Below are positions 14,105 through 23,880 of a DNA stretch of 32,000 nt, in pieces. The DNA comes from Candidatus Electrothrix yaqonensis (GTDB taxonomy: Bacteria; Desulfobacterota; Desulfobulbia; Desulfobulbales; Desulfobulbaceae), in assembly GCA_047651235.1 (NCBI GenBank), contig CP178758.1:3000001-3032000 (forward strand), read 5' to 3'. Each line of letters begins with the position of its first letter. The first letter of the stretch is position 1. The notes beneath the pieces were generated by a model. The model worked only from the letters and a program-made list of their open reading frames with translations. It did no database searches and had not been told where the DNA came from. Made by a program: the position numbers and the translations under genes.

Positions 14105-15391
14105 ATGAAATACATGAGATTTTCATACGGCACTTTGCTTGCTGTGTTTTTCTTTATGCCTGTTGTCAGCATCGCATATTCTTTTATGTCTTTTGTCAGC
14201 GTCGCATACGGTTCCATTGACCCCGACGTTGTACAGAAATTTTTTGCGAAGCATCTTGTAAGCTGCGATTATTTCGGCTATAGCGTTTCCGTATCCGGCA
14301 ATACGGCAGTAATCGGGGCTTTGGGAGACGACGACAAGGGTTCAGGTTCAGGTTCTGCGTTTGTTTTTGTCCGCAGCGGAGATACTTGGACGCAGCAGGA
14401 TAAACTTCTCCCGGAGGACGGTGCAGCAGGGGATTATTTCGGCAATAGCGTTTCTGTATCCGGAGATACGGTAGTGATAGGAGCTTGTGGTATTTGCGAA
14501 CTTTACGAACACAATGATAAGAGTTCAGGGTTCGGTTCTGTGTATGTTTTTGTCCGCAGCGGAGATGTCTGGATGCAGCAGGCTAAACTTGTCCCGGAGG
14601 ACGGCGCAGCAGGGGACAATTTCGGCAGTAGCGTTTCCGTATCCGGAGATACGGCAGTGATTGGGGCTTGGGCAGACGACGACCAGGGAGAATCATCCGG
14701 TTCTGCGTATGTTTTTGTCCGCAGCGGAAATATATGGACGCAGCAGGATAAACTTCTACCGGAGGACGGCGCAGTAGGGGACTGGTTCGGCGGGAGTGTT
14801 TCCGTATCCGGAGATATGGCAGTGATAGGGGCTTCAAGAGACGACGACCAGGGCGAATCATCCGGTTCTGCGTATGTTTTTGTCCGCAGCGGAAATATAT
14901 GGACGCAGCAGGATAGATTTGTTCCGGGGGACGGCGCAGCCTGGGACAAGTTCGGCGGGAGTGTTTCCGTATCCGGTGATACGGCAGTAATCGGGGCTTC
15001 CGGTTCTGCGTATATTTTTGTCCGCAGCGGAGATATCTGGACGGAGCAGGCTAAACTTGTCGCAGCCGGGGATAATTTCGGTAATAGCGTTTCCGTATCC
15101 GGAGATACGGCAGTGATAGGGGCTAACTATGATGACGACAAAGGCTCAGACTCAGGTTCTGCGTATGTTTTTGCCCGAGGTGGAGATGTCTGGACGGAGC
15201 AAGATAAACTTGTCCCGGAGGACGGCGCAGCTGGCGATTATTTCGGCTGGAGTGTTTCCGTATCCGGCGATACGGCAGTGATCGGGGCTTTTGCAGATGA
15301 TGATAAGGGCTTTTACTCCGGTTCTGCATATGTTTTCGGGACAAAGAGGGTAAATTTAGCTCCGATCTTTCAGTTGTTGCTTTTCAAGTAG
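14105..15391 (+). CDS. Secreted FG-GAP repeat (integrin-alpha-like) 7-bladed beta-propeller protein
   Basis: Seven repeats of D-x-FG-x-SVSVSGDTAVIGA-x2-DDD-x-G-x2-SGSAYVF-x-RSG-x2-WTQQ-x-KL-x-PEDGAAG. The start is placed at MKYMRFSYGTLLAVFFF (GGGAG RBS 5 nt upstream) rather than 13964. Confidence 0.85.
   Translation: MKYMRFSYGTLLAVFFFMPVVSIAYSFMSFVSVAYGSIDPDVVQKFFAKHLVSCDYFGYSVSVSGNTAVIGALGDDDKGSGSGSAFVFVRSGDTWTQQDKLLPEDGAAGDYFGNSVSVSGDTVVIGACGICELYEHNDKSSGFGSVYVFVRSGDVWMQQAKLVPEDGAAGDNFGSSVSVSGDTAVIGAWADDDQGESSGSAYVFVRSGNIWTQQDKLLPEDGAVGDWFGGSVSVSGDMAVIGASRDDDQGESSGSAYVFVRSGNIWTQQDRFVPGDGAAWDKFGGSVSVSGDTAVIGASGSAYIFVRSGDIWTEQAKLVAAGDNFGNSVSVSGDTAVIGANYDDDKGSDSGSAYVFARGGDVWTEQDKLVPEDGAAGDYFGWSVSVSGDTAVIGAFADDDKGFYSGSAYVFGTKRVNLAPIFQLLLFK
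14267..15340 (+). repeat. Intragenic tandem repeats (165-bp unit; variants of 183 and 126 bp) encoding the FG-GAP blades
   Basis: Unit lengths are 55, 61, 55, 55, 42 and 55 aa, plus a partial unit. The blocks starting at 14675 and 14840 are identical over about 76 nt apart from one mismatch. Confidence 0.9.
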
Positions 15392-15531
15392 AATCTGATC
15401 GTAAGCCATGCGGTTGCACCTGTTCGGAAGTACCGCCCTTCTGATTTCCATGTTGATCTGATGGAAGGACATGTATCCGGCAGGATACCCGCAAGTCCGG
15501 TCTGGTGAAGTTTTTTTGACGTGGTTCTGTA

Positions 15532-16452
15532 ATGGGGTATTCTGATATTGCGATTAAGAAACCAGCCAGAAAGAAGCATGTTTTTCAAGCAGCTTCTAAT
15601 CTGACGGACAATATTTTGAGTGTATCGACAATCTCTTTTTTTCACGGCATCTTTCTTCTTTTCGCTTTCTGTCTGCCCGCTGCCGGACAGGCAGGACAGC
15701 AGGTTAGAGCACGCCTTCTTGCTGTTGACCCGACAGCTCGTGCAGTTGTCTATTCCGGCCAGGAAAAAATGCATTTCTCGATTTCCTGGTCAGGCGGCAT
15801 CAAAATCGGTGATCTATTTATGACTGTTGAACCGGAAGCATCAGGCGACGGACTGGTCATCCGGGCCAAGGTTTCAGACCACGGCATGTTTAAATTTTTC
15901 TATCCGGTGGATGATACCTTTATCACTGCTGTCCGGGGGCCTCTGCAGCTGCCGTACCGGTATGAGGTGGATCAGCTTGAAGGCAGCATGAAGGTGCATC
16001 GACATACGACCTATGATCAGCAGAACTTCACGGTCAGGTACCGGAAAAACAAAATCCCGGCAACCGTCTATTCTGTTGCCGGACCGGTATATAACGAGTT
16101 CTCCTCATTCTTTATCACCCGTGTTCTGCGGCTGCAGGAGGGAGAAAAGCAGGTCATCCCATCGTTTGTGGATAAAAAGCGCCGTCTGGTTCCGGTAAGC
16201 GTCCTGGGAAAAGAGAAAAAAAAAACCAAGTTCGGCCCAGTCAGTACGATTAAAGTGATGCCGAAAATGAGTTTCAAGGGGTTATATGATAAAGAGGGCG
16301 ATACGGTTTTCTGGCTGACCGATGATGCCTGCCGGATTCCGGTGGAAATTAGATCAGAACTTCTTATCGGCTCACTGGTTGCTGAACTGGAAGAATATTC
16401 CAATCCTGCCTGCCGGGCTGCATTTCCTGCAGATAAAAACAGCACACCATAA
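15532..16452 (+). CDS. DUF3108 domain-containing protein (secreted/periplasmic beta-barrel-like)
   Basis: Hydrophobic signal-like segment ISFFHGIFLLFAFCLPAAGQA. By recall, the body (MHFSISWSGGIKIGDLFM..., FWLTDDACRIPVEIRSELLIGSLVAELEEY) matches the DUF3108 pattern. The exact start is uncertain. Confidence 0.6.
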   Translation: MGYSDIAIKKPARKKHVFQAASNLTDNILSVSTISFFHGIFLLFAFCLPAAGQAGQQVRARLLAVDPTARAVVYSGQEKMHFSISWSGGIKIGDLFMTVEPEASGDGLVIRAKVSDHGMFKFFYPVDDTFITAVRGPLQLPYRYEVDQLEGSMKVHRHTTYDQQNFTVRYRKNKIPATVYSVAGPVYNEFSSFFITRVLRLQEGEKQVIPSFVDKKRRLVPVSVLGKEKKKTKFGPVSTIKVMPKMSFKGLYDKEGDTVFWLTDDACRIPVEIRSELLIGSLVAELEEYSNPACRAAFPADKNSTP

Positions 16453-16467
16453 GACACCTGGCCTGAA

Positions 16468-17133
16468 ATGCTCAACAGAAAAAAAATACTTGCCGACTCT
16501 CTTTTTTTCAGCGGCATCCCGGAGCCGCTGCTGGACCGGGTTGCCGGTGTTGCTCAGGAAAAAAAATTCAGGCGGAATGAAGCGATTTTTTTTGAAGGGG
16601 ATGCAGCTGCCGGTTTCTACATGGTGGCGCAGGGCAGGGTCAGGATCTTCAAAATGTCCCTTGACGGCAAGGAACAAATCCTCCATATCTTCGGACCGGG
16701 TGAACCCTTCGGCGAGGTACCGGTTTTTCACGGCCGACCTTTTCCGGCCAACGCGGTCAGCATGGAAGACTCGGTCATGCTGTTTTTTCCCCGTCAGGAC
16801 TTTATCGATCTGCTGACCGCCGAACCGCGCCTCAGCCTGTCCATGCTGGCCGTGCTCTCCCTGCGGCTGCGCCGCTTTGCCGCCCAGATTGAAAGCCTGT
16901 CGCTCAAGGAGGTACCAGCCCGGCTTGCTGCGCATCTGGTCTATCTTGCCGGGGAGCAGGGCCGGACGGATCAGGTCACGCTGGATATCCCCAAAGGACA
17001 GCTGGCCAATCTGCTCGGCACCAGCCCGGAAACTCTGTCCAGAATTTTTGCCAGAATGAGCACAGAAGGGCTGATCCGGGTAGACGGCAGAACCATCGAA
17101 CTGTTCCGCTACGACGCGCTGGCAGAACTGTAG
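16468..17133 (+). CDS. Crp/Fnr family transcriptional regulator
   Basis: A cNMP-binding-like N-terminal domain (FFEGDAAAGFYMVAQGRVRIFKMSLDGKEQILHIFGPGEPFGE) and a C-terminal HTH (KGQLANLLGTSPETLSRIFARMSTEGLI). No N-terminal Cys cluster of true FNR. Confidence 0.9.
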   Translation: MLNRKKILADSLFFSGIPEPLLDRVAGVAQEKKFRRNEAIFFEGDAAAGFYMVAQGRVRIFKMSLDGKEQILHIFGPGEPFGEVPVFHGRPFPANAVSMEDSVMLFFPRQDFIDLLTAEPRLSLSMLAVLSLRLRRFAAQIESLSLKEVPARLAAHLVYLAGEQGRTDQVTLDIPKGQLANLLGTSPETLSRIFARMSTEGLIRVDGRTIELFRYDALAEL

Positions 17134-17188
17134 CCGCCGTCCGGGTACCAGAAATACGAAGCCTTCAGCAAACGGCTTGCTCCCCTGA

Positions 17189-18031
17189 TCAATCAGCTTC
17201 CGTATACTGCAGCAGCCACAACCGCCACTGTTCCGCATTGGCCCGGTGCAGCATCTGGATTTTTTCGGCAGGCAGGGCAGCAAGCAGGTCCGCCTCCATG
17301 CCGGGGATAAAACCGGACGCCATGTACAGGCCCGGATGCCAGAAGGCCTTGTCTGTGAACAGGCGGGTCAGCAAGCCCTTGTAGAGGTTGCTGATCACCA
17401 GATCGTAATCCTCCATATTCGGCAGTCCTTCCATCAGATCAACCTGCCGGACTGCAACGATATCGGCACAGCCGTTGCGTTCTGCGTTGGCTTGAGCCAC
17501 CTCAACAGCCAGCGGATTATTATCCAAGGCCGTCACACGACTGACGCCGAGTTTTGCCGCAGCAACAGCTAGCAGGCCGGTTCCGGTGCCCAAGTCCAGT
17601 ACGCTGTTGATCTGCATGCCGGATTCCAGGAGAAGAAGCTCCAGAGTTTCCAGGCAGAGACGGGTGGTGGCATGAAAACCGGAGCCGAAGATTACGCTCG
17701 GATCAAGGAGGATTTCTGTCCAGCCTCTCTCCTGTGTATCGGACGGTTCCCAGACAGGACGGATCTGCAGCGTTTTCGTGGCAAAGGAGGTGACCTTGAC
17801 CCCGGCTTCCCAGTCCTGATACTCCAGTTCGGCCTGATACACCACTGCAGCGCCTGTCTCCCGGCAGAGCTGGCGGACAAGTTCCTCTTTGGTCTGATGA
17901 AAAAACAGGATGGCGGTATCGTCCTCAATCCAGATGCCGAGCAGATCAGGATCGTCCATTGGCGGCAGGTCACGCTGATCCAGATAATAGACGTACAGGC
18001 GGCTGTACCCTGTATATGGCGGTCGAAGCAT
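17189..18031 (-). CDS. prmA: Ribosomal protein L11 methyltransferase-like SAM-dependent methyltransferase
   Basis: Motifs FGSGFHATTRLCLE and the SAM motif VLDLGTGTGLLAVAAAKLGVSRVTALDNNPLAVEVAQANAERNG. The start is placed at MLRPPYTGYSRLYVYY (ATG 18031), not the Cys-rich extension to 18163. Confidence 0.82.
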   Translation of the reverse strand: MLRPPYTGYSRLYVYYLDQRDLPPMDDPDLLGIWIEDDTAILFFHQTKEELVRQLCRETGAAVVYQAELEYQDWEAGVKVTSFATKTLQIRPVWEPSDTQERGWTEILLDPSVIFGSGFHATTRLCLETLELLLLESGMQINSVLDLGTGTGLLAVAAAKLGVSRVTALDNNPLAVEVAQANAERNGCADIVAVRQVDLMEGLPNMEDYDLVISNLYKGLLTRLFTDKAFWHPGLYMASGFIPGMEADLLAALPAEKIQMLHRANAEQWRLWLLQYTEAD

Positions 18032-18285
18032 ATTCTGAATGATGAATGTTTTTTCGTTGTTGCAGCAGATGGTGTTCGAGCTGATGGTACAGCAGCTGCA
18101 GACAGAATACCTGAACAGAAATTCCAAAGCCGGAAGAGTACTGCATCGGCAGAGAAAAATCACAGGGTTTCTTCAAATTACTCTGTGCAGAACAGGGACA
18201 ACATGTTAAATATATGGAGAAGAAAAGCTCCGCCCTGTCCCGGAGGTAAAGAAGTATTGTCAAGTAAACGCCCATTTCCTCCTTC

Positions 18286-19122
18286 ATGCCTGATTTTTTC
18301 AATACCTTCAGCTTTCCCCGTTCTGTCCGCTGGCAGGACTTTCTCGATATTCTGGTTGTCTCCTTTATCATCTACCGGACCATTCTGCTGATCCGGGGAA
18401 CCAGGGCCGTCCAGATGCTGGTCGGAATCCTGGTGGTCAGCTTTGTCTATTTTGTCTCTATCCAGATGGATCTGCTGACCCTGCAGCTCCTGCTCCGCTA
18501 TCTGCTGAGTTCCATTCTGCTGATCATGGTGGTGATCTTTCAGGATGACATCCGCAGGGTGCTGGCTGAAATGGGCCGGACTCCGTTTCTGAACACCCGG
18601 AAAATAGAAGCGCACGAGTTGACCGAGGTCATCTCGGCAGCAGTCTACATGGCGCGGCGACGTATCGGCGCCCTGATTATTATTGAGCAGGAGACCGGTC
18701 TGGCTGAATATATTGAATCAGGCTTTCTCCTTGACGCCAGACTGCTGCAGGAACTGCTGGTCGCCATCTTTTTTCCCATGTCGCCTATGCACGACGGCGC
18801 TGTGGTCATCCGGAAAGGGCGGATTCACTCGGCTGCCTGTCTGCTTCCCCTGTCCAAGAATCCGGACATCGACAAACGGTACGGCACACGGCACCGCGCT
18901 GCCTTAGGCCTTTCCGAAGAAACTGATGCCGTGATTATTGCCGTGTCCGAAGAAACGCAGGAAATCTCCATTGTCCATGACGGCAGCATCACGCCCATGC
19001 GCGATGAAGTTAAACTGGAGGCGCTGCTGAAGGATATGCTGCTTCTCCGGGAGAGCCGCACTTCGTTATGGAAAAGATGGCTGCCCGGCAGCGGGGCGGA
19101 CAGCAAAAAGATCCCGTCGTAA
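18286..19122 (+). CDS. cdaA: Diadenylate cyclase CdaA (membrane-anchored DAC domain)
   Basis: Three N-terminal TM helices followed by a DAC domain with GALIIIE, MHDGAVVI and YGTRHRAALGLSEETDAVIIAVSEET. Confidence 0.92.
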   Translation: MPDFFNTFSFPRSVRWQDFLDILVVSFIIYRTILLIRGTRAVQMLVGILVVSFVYFVSIQMDLLTLQLLLRYLLSSILLIMVVIFQDDIRRVLAEMGRTPFLNTRKIEAHELTEVISAAVYMARRRIGALIIIEQETGLAEYIESGFLLDARLLQELLVAIFFPMSPMHDGAVVIRKGRIHSAACLLPLSKNPDIDKRYGTRHRAALGLSEETDAVIIAVSEETQEISIVHDGSITPMRDEVKLEALLKDMLLLRESRTSLWKRWLPGSGADSKKIPS

Positions 19123-19163
19123 GCTGTAATGTTGCGTAACACTCCGTATACAGCGGACCTGCT

Positions 19164-20204
19164 ATGAATATGGATAAGCCCACACAGCACAGAATCAGCA
19201 GAAAGCACTGCCGGGACTGGATGCTGAAGCTGTTTTCCCTCTGCCTCGGGGTGCTGGTCTGGTTTCTGGTGGTCGGGACCGATCAGATGGATATGAGTAT
19301 AACCGTTCCTCTGGAAGTGCTCAATCTGCCCAAGGATCTGGTTATCTATAATCAGTACCAGAAGGAGGTGCTGGTCACTCTGCGCGGACCGCGCACGATT
19401 ATGCAGGAACTGCGGAACCGGAATACCTCTGTGCCTGTGGATCTTTCAAAAGCAAAGCCGGATACCATTGTCCTCAACACCGACAGGCTTGCAGTTCCTC
19501 TGCCCAGTGGTATCTCCATTCTGCGGATCCAGCCGGCAAGCATTACGCTGTCCATTGATCAGCTGGTTGAAAAACAGATACCCATTAGCGCAGTAACTGA
19601 CGGCGAGGTGTCTGATGGATATATGCTGAAAAATCTCACGCTTGCTCCGGACAAAATTCTGGTTTCCGGGCCGCAGAAAATTGTCAGCCGGGAAGAGGAG
19701 CTGAAAACCTATCTGATTAATTTGAACGGGCTGAGTCATTCGGCCACCTTTCCGGTCCATCTTGATCTGACCCCTGATTTCATGGAGCTGATCGGTGAAA
19801 CGACAGTGGTGGTCAAACTGACCGTGGCGGAAAAATTCGTTGAAAAGAAAATCCGCAAAATCCCGATCAACATCCGGGACACCAAGGAGGAAATCAGAGT
19901 AAAGCCGGATTCTGTTTCTGTGGTCGCCAGTATTCCTAAACCGCTGATTGAAGAAACGCCGGAGCTTGCCATGCTTTTCCGGGCTTCTGTCAGTGCCGAG
20001 GAGGAGGATACGCTGCCCTGCCTGGTGCCCGTGACAGTCAACAGTGTCAGCGTGCCGAATCACGAGCCGATCAGAATTATCTCTCAGTATCCGCTTGAGG
20101 TGGAAATCTCCGCTGTCGGAACTACCAAAAAGGAAACGAAAAAAGAGACGAAACAAGATAAACAGAAAAAGACGGAAAAAGCAGGCAAGGGCAAACAGAC
20201 CTGA
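19164..20204 (+). CDS. cdaR: CdaR (YbbR-domain) regulator of CdaA, with a Lys-rich C-terminal tail
   Basis: An N-terminal TM ([18 protein letters not shown]) is followed by repeated YbbR-like beta modules. It is positioned between cdaA and glmM. The tail reads [26 protein letters not shown]. Confidence 0.82.
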   Translation: MNMDKPTQHRISRKHCRDWMLKLFSLCLGVLVWFLVVGTDQMDMSITVPLEVLNLPKDLVIYNQYQKEVLVTLRGPRTIMQELRNRNTSVPVDLSKAKPDTIVLNTDRLAVPLPSGISILRIQPASITLSIDQLVEKQIPISAVTDGEVSDGYMLKNLTLAPDKILVSGPQKIVSREEELKTYLINLNGLSHSATFPVHLDLTPDFMELIGETTVVVKLTVAEKFVEKKIRKIPINIRDTKEEIRVKPDSVSVVASIPKPLIEETPELAMLFRASVSAEEEDTLPCLVPVTVNSVSVPNHEPIRIISQYPLEVEISAVGTTKKETKKETKQDKQKKTEKAGKGKQT

Positions 20205-20263
20205 TCTTTCCGCACGAAACCTTATTACGCCTCATCAACTTACAGATACAGAGAATTATAATT

Positions 20264-21616
20264 ATGCGACAACTTTTCGGCACGGACGGTGTACGCGGGG
20301 TGGCCAATACCTATCCCATGACCACGGAAATAGCCATGCAGTTGGGCAGGGCCATTGCCTTTATCGTCAAGAATACAAGCAAACGGCATCATATTGTCAT
20401 AGGTAAAGATACCAGAGTCTCCGGCTACATGATCGAAAATGCACTGGCTGCAGGTATCTGTTCAATGGGGGTTGATGTGCAGCTCCTTGGGCCGTTGCCC
20501 ACACCGGGGATCGCCTTTATCACCACCTCGATGCGGGCCGACGCAGGTGTGGTCATTTCCGCCTCCCATAATCCTTTTCAGGATAACGGCATTAAAATCT
20601 TCTCCAGAGATGGTTTCAAGCTGCCCGATGAGACAGAGCTTGACATCGAGGATCTGATTTTTTCCCAGAAAATGGCAGCACTCCGTCCGGTGGCCGACCA
20701 AGTCGGCAAGGCATCCCGGATTGATGATGCCTGCGGCCGCTATATTGTTTTCCTCAAGCACACCTTCCCGGCTCAATACACTCTGGATGATTTTCATATT
20801 GTCCTGGACTGCGCCCACGGCGCCACCTACAAGGTCGCTCCCCATGTCTTCAGCGAGCTCGGTGCCAAAGTAACCTGCATCGGCGTTGAACCGGACGGCA
20901 GAAACATCAATCAGAACTGCGGCGCTCTGCATCCGGAAGTGATGGCGGAAAAGGTGAAACAGCTCGGTGCGGATATCGGTCTGGCCCTTGACGGCGACGG
21001 TGACCGGCTCATTGTCTGCGACGAAAACGGTGCTGTTGTGGACGGCGACCATATTATGGCGATCTGCGCTGCCGAGCTGATGCGCCGGAGAAAGCTGAAA
21101 AAAAAGACCTTGGTCGCCACGGTGATGAGCAATATGGGCTTGGAAAAGGTTATGCAGGAACGGGACGGCCAGCTCCTGCGCACCAAGGTGGGCGACCGGT
21201 ACGTGGTCGAAACCATGCGGGCCAAGGGCTATAATTTCGGCGGCGAACAGTCCGGCCACCTGATCTTTCTTGATCACAACACCACAGGTGACGGCATTCT
21301 TGCCGCCCTGCAGCTTCTGGCCATTATGATCAAAAAGAACAAACCTCTGTCCGAGCTGGCCGGAATCATGACCTCCTATCCCCAAGTGCTGGAAAATGTG
21401 CGTATGTCCAGCAGGATCGCACCGGAACAGATTCAGGGCTTTCCGGAGGCATTGCAGGCCGCAGAAGAACAGTTAGGAGAACGGGGCCGGATTCTGGTAC
21501 GGCCGTCAGGAACCGAACCGGTTATCCGGGTCATGGCTGAGGGGGAGGATGAGAAGGAAATCTCCTCCATTGCCCTGGACCTCTGCGATGTTATCCGGAG
21601 GGCTGACCGGATCTGA
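20264..21616 (+). CDS. glmM: Phosphoglucosamine mutase
   Basis: [15 protein letters not shown], the active-site motif [19 protein letters not shown] and GGEQSGH. 450 aa. Confidence 0.97.
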   Translation: MRQLFGTDGVRGVANTYPMTTEIAMQLGRAIAFIVKNTSKRHHIVIGKDTRVSGYMIENALAAGICSMGVDVQLLGPLPTPGIAFITTSMRADAGVVISASHNPFQDNGIKIFSRDGFKLPDETELDIEDLIFSQKMAALRPVADQVGKASRIDDACGRYIVFLKHTFPAQYTLDDFHIVLDCAHGATYKVAPHVFSELGAKVTCIGVEPDGRNINQNCGALHPEVMAEKVKQLGADIGLALDGDGDRLIVCDENGAVVDGDHIMAICAAELMRRRKLKKKTLVATVMSNMGLEKVMQERDGQLLRTKVGDRYVVETMRAKGYNFGGEQSGHLIFLDHNTTGDGILAALQLLAIMIKKNKPLSELAGIMTSYPQVLENVRMSSRIAPEQIQGFPEALQAAEEQLGERGRILVRPSGTEPVIRVMAEGEDEKEISSIALDLCDVIRRADRI

Positions 21617-21720
21617 CTGCTCTCCTGCCGGTTCAGAGTTCAGAGCTGGCGGATCGGCGGAATTCCTCCCGGAACAGCATTGCCCTTGCTCTGCTGGCGT
21701 CTGTACGGTACATTCTCTGT

Positions 21721-23412
21721 ATGGAGACCTCAGATACCCTGCTTACCATAGACGATTTTTCTCTTTCCTTTTGTGCCGATCAGGCAAGCGGCGGCGATAT
21801 ACCGATTTTGCATAACATCAGCCTGACCGTTGAGCAGGGACAGACCCATGCTCTGGTCGGAGAGTCCGGCTCGGGAAAATCCGTCACTGCCCTGTCTGTC
21901 CTCAGACTGCTTGAGGATGTGGCCACAGTGCGGACTAAGGGGCGTATTCTGTTCAGAGGGCGGAATGTGCTGGAGCTGGACCGAAAACAGCTCAGGGCAA
22001 TGCGTGGCAATGATATCGCCATGATCTTCCAGGAACCCATGACCTCGCTCAACCCGGTGTATCCCATCGGCAGGCAGCTGGTTGAGCCGCTGCTCCTGCA
22101 TCGGAATATGGCCAGGTATGAGGCGGAAAAAACAGCGGTCCATCTGCTAGGCCGCACCGGCATCCCGGAACCGGAACAGCGGATCCGATCCTATCCCCAT
22201 CAACTGTCCGGCGGCCAGCGGCAGCGGATTATGATCGCCATGGCCCTGGCCTGCCGTCCTGCTCTGCTCATCGCGGATGAGCCGACCACGGCCCTTGATG
22301 TAACCATTCAGGCCCAGATTCTGGAGCTGATCAAGGACATTCAGCAGGAATTCAACATGGCGGTTCTGCTCATCACCCATGATCTGCCGCTGGTGCGCAA
22401 GGCTGCGGACACGGTCTCCATTATGCATCAAGGGAGGATCGTGGAGCAGAACAGCACCACGGCTCTGTTTACCGATCCGCAGGAAGACTACACCTGTAAA
22501 CTCCTGAACGCCGTGCCCAAGGATGTCCATACTCCGAGGGAGCAGGACAGTCCACTTGTCGAGATGGAGAATATCTGCTGCGAGTTTGTGGTCAGCAGAT
22601 CATGGCAGGGATGGAAAAGAACAAAGAACGTGGTCCGGGCCGTGGATCATGTGGATATTACGGTTCGTCGGGGAAGCACGTTAGGGATTATCGGTGAATC
22701 AGGTTCAGGAAAAAGCACCTTGGCCATGTGTCTGCTCAAACTGAATGCCTTTCAGGGGACTGTCCGCTATTACCCGCAAAATAACCTGCTAAAGGGAGAA
22801 GAGGACGGAAGTGATGATATGGACGTAACCCAGGGAAAACAGGAGGGGATCTTGCTTTCCAGGTTGAGCAGCCGACAGATGCGCCCGTTGCGGAAACAGA
22901 TGCAGATTGTCTTTCAGGATCCGTTTTCCTCCCTGTCCCCCCGAATGACTGTGGAGCAGATTATTGCCGAAGGGCTGCAGGTGCATAAATACGGACACAG
23001 TAGGGCCGAACGCCGCCTGCTGGTGCAGCAGGCCCTTGAGGAGGTGGAACTCGACCCGAACCTGATGGGGCGTTTTCCCCATGAGTTTTCCGGCGGCCAG
23101 CGGCAGCGGATCGCCATTGCTAGGGCAGTCATCCTCAAGCCGGAACTGCTGATTCTGGATGAACCCACCTCAGCCCTGGATACCACCATCCAGGCCCAGA
23201 TTATCGCCCTGCTCAGGCGGCTGCAGCAGCGGCATAACATGACCTACATCTTTATCACCCACGATCTCCGGGTGCTGCGCTCTCTGGCCGACGAGCTGGT
23301 GGTTATGCGGCAAGGGAAAATCGTTGAACAGGGCCGGGCTGACCGGATTTTTACCCGGCCTGAGCAGGCGTACACCAAACAGCTTCTGCAGGCCGCGTTT
23401 TATGCGGAGTGA
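21721..23412 (+). CDS. ABC transporter ATP-binding protein with two fused NBDs (Dpp/Opp/YejF-like)
   Basis: Two Walker A motifs (GESGSGKS twice), two signature motifs ([16 protein letters not shown]) and two Walker B motifs ([24 protein letters not shown]). No permease or binding-protein gene is adjacent. Confidence 0.92.
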   Translation: METSDTLLTIDDFSLSFCADQASGGDIPILHNISLTVEQGQTHALVGESGSGKSVTALSVLRLLEDVATVRTKGRILFRGRNVLELDRKQLRAMRGNDIAMIFQEPMTSLNPVYPIGRQLVEPLLLHRNMARYEAEKTAVHLLGRTGIPEPEQRIRSYPHQLSGGQRQRIMIAMALACRPALLIADEPTTALDVTIQAQILELIKDIQQEFNMAVLLITHDLPLVRKAADTVSIMHQGRIVEQNSTTALFTDPQEDYTCKLLNAVPKDVHTPREQDSPLVEMENICCEFVVSRSWQGWKRTKNVVRAVDHVDITVRRGSTLGIIGESGSGKSTLAMCLLKLNAFQGTVRYYPQNNLLKGEEDGSDDMDVTQGKQEGILLSRLSSRQMRPLRKQMQIVFQDPFSSLSPRMTVEQIIAEGLQVHKYGHSRAERRLLVQQALEEVELDPNLMGRFPHEFSGGQRQRIAIARAVILKPELLILDEPTSALDTTIQAQIIALLRRLQQRHNMTYIFITHDLRVLRSLADELVVMRQGKIVEQGRADRIFTRPEQAYTKQLLQAAFYAE

Positions 23413-23440
23413 CCTACAGGATTGTCATGTTATCCTGCAA

Positions 23441-23467
23441 GGGCGAATCTTGTATTCGCCCTTTTTT
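23441..23467 (+). terminator. Rho-independent terminator of the ABC ATPase gene, formed by a REP-like hairpin
   Basis: GGGCGAAT-CTTGT-ATTCGCCC followed by TTTTTT, 29 nt after the stop at 23412. The same hairpin recurs at 23757-23777. Confidence 0.8.
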
Positions 23468-23484
23468 ACTATTGAACATCCTTC

Positions 23485-23880
23485 ATGAAATACGATCCGA
23501 ATATCCATCATCGCCGTGCTGTCCGGTTGCAGGGGTATGATTATTCCGGGGCGGATGCATATTTCATCACCATCTGCAGCAAAAATCGGGAATGCCTGTT
23601 CGGTGACGTTGTGAAAGGGGAAATGCAATTGAATGATGCGGGGCGGATGATTCAGGCTGTCTGGAACAATCTGCCGACCAGATTTGACAATATGAAATTA
23701 GACGCATTTGTTATTATGCCCAATCATGTCCACGGGATTGTTATTTTATCCTGTAGGGGCGAATCTTGTATTCGCCCTCAATCATCTGCGAACCAGGGCG
23801 ATCACAAGGATCGCCCCTACGGAGCCTTGCCGCATTCAATCGGACGTCTTGTCCACGTCCGATGGGAATCGGATCAATGA
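23485..23880 (+). pseudogene. REP-associated tyrosine transposase (RAYT / IS200-like Y1, COG1943-type), C-terminally truncated remnant
   Basis: The N-terminus MKYDPNIHHRRAVRLQGYDYSGADAYFITICSKNRECLFG...FVIMPNHVHGIVIL (HUH motif HVH) matches the family by recall. The ORF stops after about 131 aa, before the C-terminal region that carries the catalytic Tyr. An alternative frame stays open to 23902. Confidence 0.7.
23753..23820. repeat. REPIN-like doublet of inverted REP hairpins inside the RAYT reading frame
   Basis: Hairpin 1 is GGGCGAAT-CTTGT-ATTCGCCC (23757-23777). Hairpin 2 is GGGCGATC-ACAAG-GATCGCCC (23796-23816). The two loops are reverse complements of each other. The outer GTAGGGGCG and CGCCCCTAC also pair. 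Confidence 0.85.

Noticed and set aside
14267-15340. Regular DNA repeats that might be mistaken for a CRISPR array or a satellite
   Set aside because: The repeats have a 165-bp period, are in frame, and encode FG-GAP blades within one continuous ORF. There is no short-repeat/unique-spacer organisation.
15370-15774. A 134-aa minus-strand ORF between the FG-GAP and DUF3108 genes
   Set aside because: It overlaps the 5' part of the DUF3108 gene and the 3' end of the FG-GAP gene. It has no RBS, and its Cys/Arg/Ser-rich translation looks non-coding.
17134-17188. A short AAGCC...GGCTT stem between the convergent Crp/Fnr and prmA genes, considered as a bidirectional terminator
   Set aside because: It is only a 5-bp stem with a 10-nt loop and has no U-tracts, so it is too weak to call.
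16372-17283. A 303-aa minus-strand ORF overlapping the Crp/Fnr gene
   Set aside because: It is antisense to a well-supported regulator gene. The translation has no motifs and a biased composition.
20462-21385. A 307-aa minus-strand ORF inside glmM; similar cases occur at 25313-26041 (inside thiE), 12482-13162 (across the DUF362/dgt region) and 26617-27270 (inside thiC)
   Set aside because: All lie opposite genes with unmistakable conserved motifs, so they are shadow ORFs.
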